Of a stretch of 53,542 nucleotides of DNA, positions 1 through 10,548 are shown in pieces. The stretch is from Rhodoluna sp. (GTDB lineage Bacteria > Actinomycetota > Actinomycetes > Actinomycetales > Microbacteriaceae). Both the position numbers and the translations under genes were made by a program. The number at the start of each line of letters is the position of its first letter. Position 1 is the stretch's first letter. The stretch spans positions 1 through 53,542 of the forward strand of contig JBBAML010000004.1 of the NCBI GenBank assembly GCA_040402515.1. Reading direction: 5' to 3'. Below the pieces are notes generated by a model. The model saw only the letters and a list, made by a program, of their open reading frames with translations, was not told where the DNA came from and searched no databases.

Positions 1-495
1 TTGGATTTGGACACTGCTATCAAAGCAATTGAGGCTATGCCTCTCGCTGAACGCTGGAGAATGGAACTTCATCGAAGACCAGACGGCTTAACAGTCATCA
101 ACGATGCATACAACGCCAGCCCAGATTCAATGAAAGCTGCCCTTCAAACTCTGGCTGAGCTAGGTCGCCAAACAGGTAAAAAGACAGTTGCTGTCTTAGG
201 GGAGATGGCTGAACTTGGTGAGTATTCAACCACTGAGCACGATGCCATGGGCAGAATTGCTGTTCGCCTAAACCTAGGTCAACTCGTTGTCATTGGTGCT
301 GGAGCAAAACTTATTCATATGGGTGCTACTCAAGAGGGATCTTGGGACGGGGAATCTAAGTATTTCGAGCAAATCTCCGAGGCAGAAGAGTATCTGCGTG
401 AAATGCTTACAGGTGAAGAGATAGTCCTAGTCAAGTCTTCTAAGTCTGCGAATCTTCGTTACTTAGGTGATGCGTTGCTGGAGGAAAACAAATGA
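1..495 (+). CDS. murF: UDP-N-acetylmuramoyl-tripeptide--D-Ala-D-Ala ligase, C-terminal part (cut by window edge)
   Basis: INDAYNASPDSM, VLGEMAELG and LVKSS motifs of the MurF C-domain; directly upstream of mraY. Confidence 0.95.
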   Translation: MDLDTAIKAIEAMPLAERWRMELHRRPDGLTVINDAYNASPDSMKAALQTLAELGRQTGKKTVAVLGEMAELGEYSTTEHDAMGRIAVRLNLGQLVVIGAGAKLIHMGATQEGSWDGESKYFEQISEAEEYLREMLTGEEIVLVKSSKSANLRYLGDALLEENK

Positions 496-1622
496 GAGCA
501 CTATTACTTGCAGGGCTATTGGGCTTAATTTTGTCATTGACCTTGACTCCAATACTTATTTGGTTGTTCAAGAAGATCGGGTGGGGTCAGATAGTTAGAG
601 TTGACGGCCCCTCCACCCACCACACCAAACGAGGCACTCCAAGCATGGGTGGAATCGGAATCATTCTCAGTGCTGTCATCTCATACTTTGTTGCAAAGCT
701 GGTTAATGGCGAACCACCAACATATTCAGCCATGTTGGTCATGTTCATGATGGTTGGACTTGGATCAGTTGGTTTCCTTGATGACTACCTAAAAGTTCGA
801 GGTCAAAATACATCGGGGCTAAGAGGCATATACAAAGTAATCGGACAGGTAGCAGTTGCGGCTGTTTTTGCCTGGGCTGCTTTGCAAGACAAAGATGTAT
901 TTGGTTTGACTCCAGCATCAACACAGATTTCAATCTTTAGAGACACTGGATTTGATTTAGCCAAGATAGCTCCTGAGAGCTGGGGCCAGATTGCAATCTG
1001 GATCGGTATCGCTGTTTTCTTGCTTTGGATTTTCTTACTTGTTGTGAGCACATCTAATGGAGTGAACCTCACTGATGGTGCAGATGGTCTGGCAACGGGT
1101 TCACTAATCATGTCGATTGGCGCATTTGCGGTAATCGGTTTCTGGAAGTTCAACCAAGCGTGTGATATTACAAATCTCACTCCTAACTGTTACAACACTA
1201 GAGACCCGCTAGACCTTGCAGTTATAGCCGCGGCAGTTGTAGGTGCTCTAATTGGTTTCCTTTGGTTCAACACCAACCCTGCACAGATCTTTATGGGGGA
1301 CAGTGGTTCTCTTGGCCTTGGTGGTGCACTTGCAGCGCTAGCTATTCTTTCTAGAACTGAAGTCTTGCTAGTTCTTGTCGGTGGACTCTTTGCCATCTCT
1401 GCGGGGTCCGTAATTTTGCAGCGAAGCGTCTTCAAAATTTCACGAGCAATTACCGGGAAGCCTAGACGAATATTCCTGAACAGTCCTCTGCATCACCACT
1501 TCGAAGAAAAAGGCTGGAACGAAGTAACGGTCGTGGTTAGATTCTGGATTATTTGTGGTCTTCTAGTCATGGCTGGAATCGGTTTGTTCTATGTTGAGTG
1601 GATTTACGGTTCGCTCACATGA
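492..1622 (+). CDS. mraY: Phospho-N-acetylmuramoyl-pentapeptide transferase
   Basis: KRGTPSMGG, GFLDDY, NLTDGADGL, FMGDSGS and PLHHHFE motifs; multiple TM segments; ATGA overlap with murF. Confidence 0.98.
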   Translation: MRALLLAGLLGLILSLTLTPILIWLFKKIGWGQIVRVDGPSTHHTKRGTPSMGGIGIILSAVISYFVAKLVNGEPPTYSAMLVMFMMVGLGSVGFLDDYLKVRGQNTSGLRGIYKVIGQVAVAAVFAWAALQDKDVFGLTPASTQISIFRDTGFDLAKIAPESWGQIAIWIGIAVFLLWIFLLVVSTSNGVNLTDGADGLATGSLIMSIGAFAVIGFWKFNQACDITNLTPNCYNTRDPLDLAVIAAAVVGALIGFLWFNTNPAQIFMGDSGSLGLGGALAALAILSRTEVLLVLVGGLFAISAGSVILQRSVFKISRAITGKPRRIFLNSPLHHHFEEKGWNEVTVVVRFWIICGLLVMAGIGLFYVEWIYGSLT

Positions 1623-3085
1623 GCAAGTTAGATGAGTTGACTAGTTGGAATTCTGATTGGTCTGAGCTTAGAGTTTTGGTTTATGGTCTTGGGGTTTCCG
1701 GGTTCTCCGCAGCCGATACCCTGCATGAACTAGGTGCCAATGTTTTAGTCATCGCAGATAAAGCAGATGAAAAGTTAGTAGATGTCCTAGATGTCTTAGG
1801 TGTCGAGTCCCTGATTGGTTCAGAAGTTCAAATCCAACAAGATCGTCTAACTGTTTTCAAACCAGAACTGGTAATTGTTTCGCCTGGGATTAGACCTGAA
1901 AATCAGCTCTTGGTTTCAGCAACAACTCTCGGTGCGCAGGTTTGGACAGACATTGATCTTGCCTGGCGTGTAAGAGACAAGCACGGAGTGCCATCTAACT
2001 GGATTTGTATTACTGGTACCAATGGAAAAACAACTGTTACGCAACTGGTTGAGGCAATGCTTATCTCTGCTGGCATAAGAGCTGTTGCCTGTGGAAATAT
2101 CGGGACACCGATTTTGGATGTAGTTAGAGACCCTGCCGCCTTTGAAGTCCTAGTAGTCGAATTGAGTAGTTTCCAGTTGCACTATCTAAATGAGATTTCA
2201 CCAATCGTGAGCACCGTTCTCAACATTGCAGATGATCACCTGGATTGGCATGGTTCGATTGACGCTTATGCACAAGCCAAAGCGAAGGTTTACAACAACA
2301 CCAGCATTTGCTGTGTCTATAACTCAGGGGATTCAGTCACAGAGAAGCTCGTTTCTAAATCTCGTGGAACTGAAAACGCTCAGGCAGTTGGTTTCACTGT
2401 TAACACTCCGTCGCCCAATGAAATCGGTTGGGTTGAAGACATTCTGGTTGATCGGGCCTTTATTGATGACCCTGCAGAAGCTCAAGAGCTCGCGACCTTC
2501 GCTGACCTCAAGAAGATTCCGGTAATCAGCCCACACCTTATGGCAAACATCGCAGCAGCTGCAGCAATAGCTAAGGCTGTTGGAGTTCAGCCAAACGAAA
2601 TACAAAATGCTTTGCAAGGCTTTGCTCTTGATGCGCACCGAATTGAATTAGTACTCGAACAGGATGGAATCCGCTGGATAGACGACTCTAAAGCTACTAA
2701 CCCACACGCAGCGGCTGCGGCTTTAGCTAGTTTCGATTCCGTCATCTGGATAGTTGGGGGATTGCTCAAGGGAGTGGATATCGCTCCACTGGTTGAGAAA
2801 TATGCATCGAGAATCAAGTTTGCAATCATCATTGGAGTGGATCGAGTACCGGTAGTTGAAGCTTTTAGAACTAAAGCTCCGAACATTCCATTCTTTGAAG
2901 TTACTGATGCAAATGAATCTGTGATGACTTCAGTAATTGAGCAAGCTAAGGCACAGGCTGTTGCAGGAGACGTTGTGCTCTTAGCGCCGGCAGCGGCCTC
3001 AATGGACCAGTTCATTGATTACGCAGATCGAGGCAACGCTTTCGCAAAAGCAATAGAACAAGGGGTTAGAAATACAAATGGCTAG
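1619..3085 (+). CDS. murD: UDP-N-acetylmuramoyl-L-alanine--D-glutamate ligase
   Basis: GLGVSG, ITGTNGKTT, ELSSFQL, DHLDWH, DDSKATN and LLAPAAASMDQF motifs; start moved to ATG 1619 (ATGA overlap with mraY stop). Confidence 0.97.
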   Translation: MSKLDELTSWNSDWSELRVLVYGLGVSGFSAADTLHELGANVLVIADKADEKLVDVLDVLGVESLIGSEVQIQQDRLTVFKPELVIVSPGIRPENQLLVSATTLGAQVWTDIDLAWRVRDKHGVPSNWICITGTNGKTTVTQLVEAMLISAGIRAVACGNIGTPILDVVRDPAAFEVLVVELSSFQLHYLNEISPIVSTVLNIADDHLDWHGSIDAYAQAKAKVYNNTSICCVYNSGDSVTEKLVSKSRGTENAQAVGFTVNTPSPNEIGWVEDILVDRAFIDDPAEAQELATFADLKKIPVISPHLMANIAAAAAIAKAVGVQPNEIQNALQGFALDAHRIELVLEQDGIRWIDDSKATNPHAAAAALASFDSVIWIVGGLLKGVDIAPLVEKYASRIKFAIIIGVDRVPVVEAFRTKAPNIPFFEVTDANESVMTSVIEQAKAQAVAGDVVLLAPAAASMDQFIDYADRGNAFAKAIEQGVRNTNG

Positions 3086-4304
3086 AAATCAAAAGAGACC
3101 ATCAAGGGAACCGGGTGCAATAGGCCAGTTCCTTAGATCGCCGGTGCGTTCCTCGGTGGCACTGTTTGATCGTTATTTCTTGCACCAGAGCAGACTCTTT
3201 TACCGTCTAGTTATGTTGGTATTACTGTTAGTTGGTTTTGGTCTTATCACCGTTTTGTCTTCTTCAAATGTTGTTGAAATTAAACAGAGTGGAAATCCAT
3301 TTAGTGGATTGGAAAGTCAGTTCACATTCGCAATTCTCGGGCTATTGGGAATGGTATTCCTTTCGACTAGATCAGTTGAATGGCTGGAGAACATCTCTCG
3401 AGTTGCGTTCTTCGGGGGTATCGTTTTGCAACTAGCAGTGCTAGTGCCTGGAATTGGAGTCTCGGTTGGTGGTAACACTAACTGGATCAGAATTCTAGGT
3501 GTTACGGTTCAGCCATCAGAGTTTTTGAAGCTGGGTTTGATTCTGGTCTTGGCCCAAATTCTTGGTCAATACAAAGATGAACTTTGGGATTTCAACACTG
3601 GCGCTAAGCAGGTTCTTGTTTATGGGTTTGGTTCTGCTGGTTTGGTTTATCTAACATCCAGAGATATGGGAACCGCAATCATCTTCATCAGCATCATTCT
3701 TGGAATGTGTATGTTGGCTGGGATGCCGTGGGTGCACCTGAATAAGTTGGTTGCAATTACTGTTCTCGGTGCTCTTATTGGTTCCGTCGCTAACACTTCT
3801 AGAATAAATCGCATCATTGCTTTCTTCCAACAGGGGCAATCAGATATTGACGGGGCGGACTGGCAGGTTAAACACGGAATCTGGGCTTTGGCTAAAGGAG
3901 GAGTGTTTGGAGTTGGTCCTGGTAACTCAACGTTGAACTGGGGCTGGATTCCTGAGGTTGAGAATGACTTTATCTTTGCCAACATTGGTGAAGAGTGGGG
4001 AATGATCGGTGCTGTTCTAGTTCTCTTCTGTTTCCTGATGCTCGGTCAGTTCATCAGGAGAGTGGCCTATAACAACAGCTACCCATTTGCTTCTATCGCA
4101 GCAATAGGTGTCATGCTCTGGATAGTTGTTCAGGCTTTAGTGAACATCGCAGTAGTACTGCACTTACTTCCGGTTCTAGGTGTTCCGCTACCACTCATCT
4201 CTAAGGGTGGTTCATCGATCGTTGCTGTTCTCTTAGCCCTAGGCGTCGTATTAGCCTTTGAACGTGTTCAGACACCTGCTCCGAATAGATTAAGAAGAAA
4301 ATGA
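3078..4304 (+). CDS. ftsW: SEDS peptidoglycan glycosyltransferase FtsW
   Basis: QPSEFLK, DMGT, PEVENDFIF..IGEEWG and GVPLPLISKGGSS motifs; position in dcw cluster. Confidence 0.96.
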   Translation: MARNQKRPSREPGAIGQFLRSPVRSSVALFDRYFLHQSRLFYRLVMLVLLLVGFGLITVLSSSNVVEIKQSGNPFSGLESQFTFAILGLLGMVFLSTRSVEWLENISRVAFFGGIVLQLAVLVPGIGVSVGGNTNWIRILGVTVQPSEFLKLGLILVLAQILGQYKDELWDFNTGAKQVLVYGFGSAGLVYLTSRDMGTAIIFISIILGMCMLAGMPWVHLNKLVAITVLGALIGSVANTSRINRIIAFFQQGQSDIDGADWQVKHGIWALAKGGVFGVGPGNSTLNWGWIPEVENDFIFANIGEEWGMIGAVLVLFCFLMLGQFIRRVAYNNSYPFASIAAIGVMLWIVVQALVNIAVVLHLLPVLGVPLPLISKGGSSIVAVLLALGVVLAFERVQTPAPNRLRRK

Positions 4305-5368
4305 CCAGATATCTTTTAGCCGGCGGTGGCACAGCGGGGCATGTGAACCCTTTGCTGTCGCTAGCTGAAGAGATCATGTCTCAATCAGGCGAACATAGAG
4401 TTTGGGCCTTAGGAACCAGAGAGGGATTAGAGTCAAGGCTCGTCCCTGAGCGTGGATTTGAGCTGCTAGCGGTTGAGCGCTTACCAATGCCAAGGAAATT
4501 AAATGCTTATGCTCTGACTTTCCCAGGGAGGTTTCGAAAAGCCGTCGATCAGGTAAAGCAATACATCCTCGAACACGACATTGATGTGGTGGTTGGTTTT
4601 GGTGGCTATGCAAGTGCTCCTGCGTATAGAGCTGCAAAAGCACTTAGAATCCCTTACGTGGTGCATGAAGCTAATTCATTACCCGGCTATGCAAATAGAG
4701 TAGGTGCGAGAAATGCCGCAGCTGTTGCGATTACTTTCTCAAACACCAAACTTCCAAATGCAACAGTGACAGGTATGCCACTTCGTAAAGAAATCGTAGA
4801 ACTAACCAAAACAGAACATCGTTTTGAAGCTAATCAATTTTTCGATCTTGATCCCAAGCTAACTACGTTGCTTGTTACCGGTGGCTCTCTAGGCGCTAAG
4901 CGAATCAATGAAACCATTGAAAGCTCAAGAAAGCTTTTAGACGCAGCAGGTATTCAGGTAATCCACATTGTGGGTGACAGAGCAGGTCTAGAAGATACAA
5001 GTGAAGGTACTTATCGCAGGTTGACCTATTGCTCGAGGATGGAACTTGCTATCGCAGCAGCTGATTTCGCAGTTGCTAGATCAGGAGCGGCAACAGTCTC
5101 CGAGTTCTCGGCAGTTGGCTTGCCGGCAATCTTTGTTCCATATCCAGTTGGAAACGGTGAACAGAAGCTAAACGCTGAACAGGTAGTTAGAGCAGGTGGT
5201 GCACTCTTGGTCGAAGATGCAGATTTCAACACAGAGTATGTTGCTTCAGCGCTCATCCCGCTTTTGAGCAACAGGAAGTTGATCAATGAAATGAGTGCTA
5301 AAGCTAAATTGGTTGGTAAATCTGATGGCTCTTCTGAACTTCTGCGCCTAGTAAATGGCGTGTTGTAG
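4301..5368 (+). CDS. murG: Lipid II GlcNAc transferase MurG
   Basis: GGGTAGHVNP, GFGGY, HEAN, GGSLGA and RSGA..SE motifs. Confidence 0.98.
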   Translation: MTRYLLAGGGTAGHVNPLLSLAEEIMSQSGEHRVWALGTREGLESRLVPERGFELLAVERLPMPRKLNAYALTFPGRFRKAVDQVKQYILEHDIDVVVGFGGYASAPAYRAAKALRIPYVVHEANSLPGYANRVGARNAAAVAITFSNTKLPNATVTGMPLRKEIVELTKTEHRFEANQFFDLDPKLTTLLVTGGSLGAKRINETIESSRKLLDAAGIQVIHIVGDRAGLEDTSEGTYRRLTYCSRMELAIAAADFAVARSGAATVSEFSAVGLPAIFVPYPVGNGEQKLNAEQVVRAGGALLVEDADFNTEYVASALIPLLSNRKLINEMSAKAKLVGKSDGSSELLRLVNGVL

Positions 5369-5420
5369 TGGGTCTGGTTTCCAAAGCGAACCTAGTCTTG
5401 AAAGCAAACCTTAGGAAATA

Positions 5421-6812
5421 ATGACCATCAAACCTGACTACAGCCAAAGTGTTCCTGCCGACCTCGGCAAAGTTCACTTCATTGGCATTGGTGGTTCTGG
5501 CATGAGCGGTATTGCCAGGATGCTCATCAACTCAGGGCACACGGTAACAGGTAGCGATGTTCGTGAGTCAAATAACATCACAGAGCTTAGAAAACTTGGT
5601 GCAGTAATCAACATCGGTCATGATGCTAAGAATCTCGGAGACTGCGACACTGTGGTGGTCACCTCTGCTCTATGGCCAACTAACCCAGAGTATGTTCTAG
5701 CTCAGGAACTAAAGCTTCCAATCCTGCACAGATCGCAAGCTTTGAAATATTTGACCGAAGGCAAGAAACTGATTTCTGTCGCTGGTGCGCACGGTAAGAC
5801 TACGAGCACGGGAATGGTTGTCACAGGCCTTAGAGCACTAGGTGAAGACCCTAGTTTCGTAAACGGTGGAGTTATCGCGGCATACGGTTCATCTGCCGAG
5901 AGCGGTAGCTCAGAGCTATTTGTTATTGAAGCAGATGAGTCAGATGGTTCTTTCCTTCATTACAAGACCGCAGTGGCTTTGATTACAAACGTAGATCCAG
6001 ATCATTTAGACCACTATGGCTCTTTAGAGAACTTCGAAGCTGAGTTCGCTAGATTTGCAAATTCTGCTACCGACTTTGTCGTGATCAGCTCAGATGATCC
6101 AGGTGCAGTTAGAGTCACCGCTGGAATACAAGATAAAAGGGTTATTCGTTTTGGTTTAGCAAGCAATGCAGATGTTCTCCTCACCGATGTTGATTCAACG
6201 GGGCCGCAGGTTAGCTTCAACATTGTCTATGAAGGCAAAAAGTATTCGGCGACTCTTCAGGTTGCTGGAGAGCACAATGCAGTTAATGCGGCCGGAGCTT
6301 TTGCAGTTTTGGCAGGTCTTGGTTTTGAGCCTCAGGCTGTGTTGGCTGCTATCGCAACATTTGGGGGCACAGAGCGCAGATTCGAGCTTCATGGTGAATT
6401 CAGGGGAGTCAAAGTATTTGATGACTTCGCGCATCACCCAACAGAGGTAACCGCAGCTCTAAAAGGTGCCAGGGCAGTTGTTGGAGATGGTCGTCTAATC
6501 ACAGTCTTCCAACCTCATCTATACAGTCGAACTAGATTGTTTGCAAAAGAGTTTGCTGAAGCACTCGCTGCAAGCGATGAAGTAGTTGTTTTGGATATCT
6601 ATGCAGCCAGAGAAGATCCAGAACCCGGCGTTACCGGTGCTCTGATTGCCGATGCATTTACGGATCAAGACAGAATCCACTTTGTGCCGAACTGGGATGA
6701 CGTTGCAAAAGTTGCTGCAGATCTTGCTAAGTCAGGTGACTTTATTGTCACTATGGGTTGTGGGGATGTGTATCGACAGGTACCAGGAATTTTGAAGGCG
6801 TTAGAGAACTAA
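5421..6812 (+). CDS. murC: UDP-N-acetylmuramate--L-alanine ligase
   Basis: [42 protein letters not shown] and FQPHLYSRT motifs. Confidence 0.98.
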   Translation: MTIKPDYSQSVPADLGKVHFIGIGGSGMSGIARMLINSGHTVTGSDVRESNNITELRKLGAVINIGHDAKNLGDCDTVVVTSALWPTNPEYVLAQELKLPILHRSQALKYLTEGKKLISVAGAHGKTTSTGMVVTGLRALGEDPSFVNGGVIAAYGSSAESGSSELFVIEADESDGSFLHYKTAVALITNVDPDHLDHYGSLENFEAEFARFANSATDFVVISSDDPGAVRVTAGIQDKRVIRFGLASNADVLLTDVDSTGPQVSFNIVYEGKKYSATLQVAGEHNAVNAAGAFAVLAGLGFEPQAVLAAIATFGGTERRFELHGEFRGVKVFDDFAHHPTEVTAALKGARAVVGDGRLITVFQPHLYSRTRLFAKEFAEALAASDEVVVLDIYAAREDPEPGVTGALIADAFTDQDRIHFVPNWDDVAKVAADLAKSGDFIVTMGCGDVYRQVPGILKALEN

Positions 6813-6814
6813 TA

Positions 6815-7666
6815 ATGCAACGCCCTAAGAATCGTTATTCCAGTCCAAACGGTAAAGCCTCTTCGAAGCCAAACAAGGTTAAGAAAGTCAAGAAGACCTC
6901 GGTTCCACTTAAATCAAAGCTCTCTAGAGTTGGCCAGATTAGAACTACTAAAAAAGAAGTCAGAAGATTCACTAAAGAGAATCCCACTGGTAAATACTTC
7001 AAGAGAGCAATTCTCGCTAGCCTTGCTTTTCTTATCGCCCTAGTGCTTGCAACTACATTTACTCCGATCCTGGCCATCGACAAGATTGTGGTCTCTGGAG
7101 AATCTCGAGTGTCTGAGAAACAGATCCTCAAGATATTGAAGAAGTATGTTGGGACTCCACTGCCAACAATTAGCGAAGAATCTGTAGCTAGAGATCTAAA
7201 GGGATTTCCAATCATTGAGAGCATTGCTTTAGTCAGTCGTCCACCGCACACACTTGAAGTGAAACTTACTGAACGAACACCAATCGCAATTGTGGTTAGC
7301 GGTGGGGTTCAGTATCTATACGACCCAGCTGGTGTGAAGCTTGGTCCTGCTTCTGGATCTGAACAGTTGCCAACCGTCATTGTGACCGGCAACCCTAAAG
7401 ATTCAGCCACATATCGCCAAGCCATCGATGTAATCTTGGCGCTACCCCTGCAACTCTTGGATCGAGTTGCATACATCCAGGCTAAAACCAGAGACAACGT
7501 GACTCTAAGACTCAGGGGAGCTGCCGGTCAAACTGTTATCTGGGGAGACTCATCTGATTCAATTTTGAAGTCAAAGGTCCTAAAGACACTTTTGCTAAAA
7601 ACCTCTACCAAGGTGAGAGCAACCTACGATGTTTCATCACCTTTGACTCCTAGCGTTATCAATTAA
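6815..7666 (+). CDS. ftsQ: Cell division protein FtsQ/DivIB
   Basis: Basic N-tail, single TM, POTRA-like segment (PHTLEVKLTERTP), C-terminal YDVSSP; lies between murC and ftsZ; start moved to ATG 6815. Confidence 0.9.
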   Translation: MQRPKNRYSSPNGKASSKPNKVKKVKKTSVPLKSKLSRVGQIRTTKKEVRRFTKENPTGKYFKRAILASLAFLIALVLATTFTPILAIDKIVVSGESRVSEKQILKILKKYVGTPLPTISEESVARDLKGFPIIESIALVSRPPHTLEVKLTERTPIAIVVSGGVQYLYDPAGVKLGPASGSEQLPTVIVTGNPKDSATYRQAIDVILALPLQLLDRVAYIQAKTRDNVTLRLRGAAGQTVIWGDSSDSILKSKVLKTLLLKTSTKVRATYDVSSPLTPSVIN

Positions 7667-7744
7667 CTTCTCTTAGACACACCGCCATACCTACGCCAAT
7701 ATCCCCTCGTTAGCGTTTAGTTTTTTGGCGCTAGAGCATTTGTT

Positions 7745-7790
7745 TAGATTCTTTAACCTTCAACTGGAGGTTTAAGGTTAGACAAATCTA
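7745..7790. promoter_or_regulatory. Imperfect inverted repeat upstream of ftsZ (candidate FtsR/MerR-type operator)
   Basis: TAACCTTcAAC-tggag-GTTtAAGGTTA (7754-7780) flanked by TAGATT/AATCTA. Confidence 0.5.
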
Positions 7791-7810
7791 GGTAACCCGG
7801 AGGAAAAATA

Positions 7811-9022
7811 ATGTCAGACCCAGTGAACTTCTTAGCTGTAATCAAGGTCGTCGGTGTCGGTGGTGCAGGTGGTAACGCTGTTAACCAGATGATCGAGAAG
7901 GGCTTGCGCGGAGTCGAATTCATCGCAATCAACACCGATGGACAAGACCTACTTAAGTCAGAAGCTCACGTCAAACTTGAGATCGGAGGCGACAGCACTA
8001 AGAGCCTAGGTGCAGGAGCAGACCCTGAAGTTGGTCGTTTGGCTGCCGAAGCACACGTCGATGAAATTGCTGAAGTCCTTCGCGGAGCCGACATGGTTTT
8101 CGTTTCTGCTGGTGAAGGTGGTGGTACCGGAACTGGTGCTGCACCTGTAGTTGCAAGAATTGCAAAGCAGAGCGGTGCTCTAACCGTTGGTGTGGTTAGT
8201 CGTCCGTTTAACTTTGAAGGTCGCCGTAGAGCAGAGAACGCTCAAGCTGGAATCGATGCACTTCGTGCAGAAGTTGACACTTTGATCATCGTTCCTAACC
8301 AAAAACTTATTGACCTAAACGATTCAGAGCTAAGCCTTCCAGATGCATTCAGCATGGCTGATGATGTTCTTCGTGCCGGTGTTCAGGGAATCTCAGATTT
8401 GATTACTGAACCAGGTTTCATCAACCTCGACTTCGCAGACGTTAAGTCTGTGATGCAAGGTGCTGGAACAGCACTTATGGGTATTGGTATTGCTAAGGGT
8501 GAAGATCGTGCAATGCGCGCTGCCGAACAAGCTATCAACCACCCACTTCTTGAAAGCAGCATCGACAACGCACGCGGAGTTCTCATTCAGTTTGCGGCAG
8601 CTTCAAACATGAAGCTGAAGGAAGTAAACGACGCAGCGAAACTTATCCAAGAAGTAGTGCACCCAACTGCAAACATCATCTTCGGCACTTCAATCGATAA
8701 CACCCTGGGTGATGAGATGCGCGTGACAGTAATTGGTGCTGGCTTTGATGAGGTAGCACCTAGACCTGCATATCGCAGCAACGGTTTCACAGCTGCTAGC
8801 TCAGGACCTATCCAAATTGTTGAGCCGGTTGCTGAAGTTGAAGAAGAGGCATCAGATGTTCCATCTTGGTTTGCAGGTAACACCGCTACTGTAACTGCGG
8901 TTCCAGCTGCTTCAAACTATGACGAAGAGGATGAGGAGGAGCAGGCTCCACCTGTTTACTCACAGCCAAAGCCTGCTAACCGTTTTGACGATGGTTTAGA
9001 CATCCCAGACTTCTTGCAGTAA
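7811..9022 (+). CDS. ftsZ: Cell division protein FtsZ
   Basis: GGGTGTG tubulin signature, INLDFADV T7 loop, acidic linker, C-terminal LDIPDFL peptide; GGAGG SD. Confidence 0.99.
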   Translation: MSDPVNFLAVIKVVGVGGAGGNAVNQMIEKGLRGVEFIAINTDGQDLLKSEAHVKLEIGGDSTKSLGAGADPEVGRLAAEAHVDEIAEVLRGADMVFVSAGEGGGTGTGAAPVVARIAKQSGALTVGVVSRPFNFEGRRRAENAQAGIDALRAEVDTLIIVPNQKLIDLNDSELSLPDAFSMADDVLRAGVQGISDLITEPGFINLDFADVKSVMQGAGTALMGIGIAKGEDRAMRAAEQAINHPLLESSIDNARGVLIQFAAASNMKLKEVNDAAKLIQEVVHPTANIIFGTSIDNTLGDEMRVTVIGAGFDEVAPRPAYRSNGFTAASSGPIQIVEPVAEVEEEASDVPSWFAGNTATVTAVPAASNYDEEDEEEQAPPVYSQPKPANRFDDGLDIPDFLQ

Positions 9023-9024
9023 GA

Positions 9025-9714
9025 ATGACTGATTCGACTCTTGCTCAGCGTTTAGAGGCTGTTAGAGAGCGCATCGGTTCGGCTGCTAGTAAAGCTGCCA
9101 GAGACGTTCGAGACATCGAACTAATCGTTGTGACGAAGAATCATCCGGCCAGCCTTGCTCTAGATTTACTAGATCTAGATGAAAGAAACTTCGGCGAGAA
9201 CAAAGACCAAGAAGCATCTCCAAAGGCTAAAGAAGTTGAATTAGTTAGACCTGGACTTGCCAGTTGGAACTTTGTTGGGCAACTGCAATCAAACAAGGTT
9301 CGATCCGTACTTGAATATGCCTCCTGCATCCACTCGCTGGACAGAGATTCGCTACTCAAAGAATTAGTCAAACAGCTAGCCAAAGACCCAGACAGACACA
9401 TTCAAGTCTTTCTAGAACTCAATCTGACTGATGACCCAAATCGTGGGGGATTAGACCCTAAAGAACTCTCGAGATTTGCTGAGCAAGTGCTTGCTCAGCC
9501 TCAGATTCAGCTACTGGGTGTAATGGGAGTCGTAGGCCTTGGCATTGAGCCCGCTGTTGATTTTGAACGCATAGCTAAGGCAAGCGCAGAGTTAGTCGCT
9601 ATTGAGCCTTCGGCTAGATACATTTCTGCAGGAATGTCTGGAGACTATGAGGAAGCAATTGCATTCGGTGCGACACACTTGCGCATAGGTACCGCAATTA
9701 CTGGAAACCGCTGA
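9025..9714 (+). CDS. yggS: YggS family PLP-binding protein
   Basis: VVTK (PLP lysine), FGEN, GQLQSNK, SAGMSGD and GATHLRIG motifs. Confidence 0.95.
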   Translation: MTDSTLAQRLEAVRERIGSAASKAARDVRDIELIVVTKNHPASLALDLLDLDERNFGENKDQEASPKAKEVELVRPGLASWNFVGQLQSNKVRSVLEYASCIHSLDRDSLLKELVKQLAKDPDRHIQVFLELNLTDDPNRGGLDPKELSRFAEQVLAQPQIQLLGVMGVVGLGIEPAVDFERIAKASAELVAIEPSARYISAGMSGDYEEAIAFGATHLRIGTAITGNR

Positions 9715-9762
9715 TTTCCGCCTTAATCTAGCAATAACGGGGTTTCGTTAGAAGGAGACACT

Positions 9763-10188
9763 ATGTCTGGCATTACACAGTGGGTAAAAGAAGTATTTTC
9801 AATGGGCGGGGCACCTAAGAGTGCTCCAGCAGCGCCAAGAGTTACCGGTGGTGGCTCAGAGCGCCCTGCGAGAGCTCCACGACCTATGCGTCGCGGTAAC
9901 GATGTCTCAAGCATTGAGACTGTAACCCCTGGCAGTTTTGCTGATGCTGGTTTGATCGCAGAGGTACTTCGTGATGGTATTCCTGTTGTGGTCAACGTTC
10001 AGAACCTGAATGACACTGACACTCGCAGACTTGTTGATTTCATGGCTGGACTCAAGGCAGGATTACTTGCAACATCTAAGAGAGTTTCAGAAGAGGTTTA
10101 CCTACTTGCACCATACGGTGTTGAAGTTGATGGTGATTCTGACGACGTGCTCGAAGCTGAGGGCGACAAGCTAATCATCAGACCGTAG
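9763..10188 (+). CDS. sepF: Cell division protein SepF
   Basis: N-terminal amphipathic helix, RDGIPVVVN..RRLVDF..G..YLLAP core; yggS-sepF-yggT-divIVA synteny; AAGGAG SD. Confidence 0.92.
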   Translation: MSGITQWVKEVFSMGGAPKSAPAAPRVTGGGSERPARAPRPMRRGNDVSSIETVTPGSFADAGLIAEVLRDGIPVVVNVQNLNDTDTRRLVDFMAGLKAGLLATSKRVSEEVYLLAPYGVEVDGDSDDVLEAEGDKLIIRP

Positions 10189-10195
10189 GGTTTTG

Positions 10196-10483
10196 ATGTC
10201 TCTCCTAATTCAAGGCCTACTTTGGCTTATTGATATTTTCCGAATAGTTCTATTCGTCCGTATTGTGATCGACTTGATTAGAACTATGAACCCCAGTTTT
10301 AGACCTAGAGGAATTTTCCTGGTTCTACTGGAGATCTGTTACACCCTTACCGACTGGGTAATCAAGCCACTATCAAGGCTTATCAAGCCAATTAGAATCG
10401 GTGGCGGGTATCTAGACCTATCAATTTTGGCCCTATTTATTGTGCTTGCTCTGTCTGAACGCTTGTTAGCAAGCCTGCTTTAG
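10196..10483 (+). CDS. yggT: YggT family membrane protein
   Basis: YTLTD..IKPL..LI.P.RIGG..LDLS pattern; synteny. Confidence 0.9.
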   Translation: MSLLIQGLLWLIDIFRIVLFVRIVIDLIRTMNPSFRPRGIFLVLLEICYTLTDWVIKPLSRLIKPIRIGGGYLDLSILALFIVLALSERLLASLL

Positions 10484-10548
10484 CCAAAGAGTTAGGGTAA
10501 CCTTGGTGTTTGACCGTTGTTTTGATTTAGAGAAGTAAGGAGAGGGCG

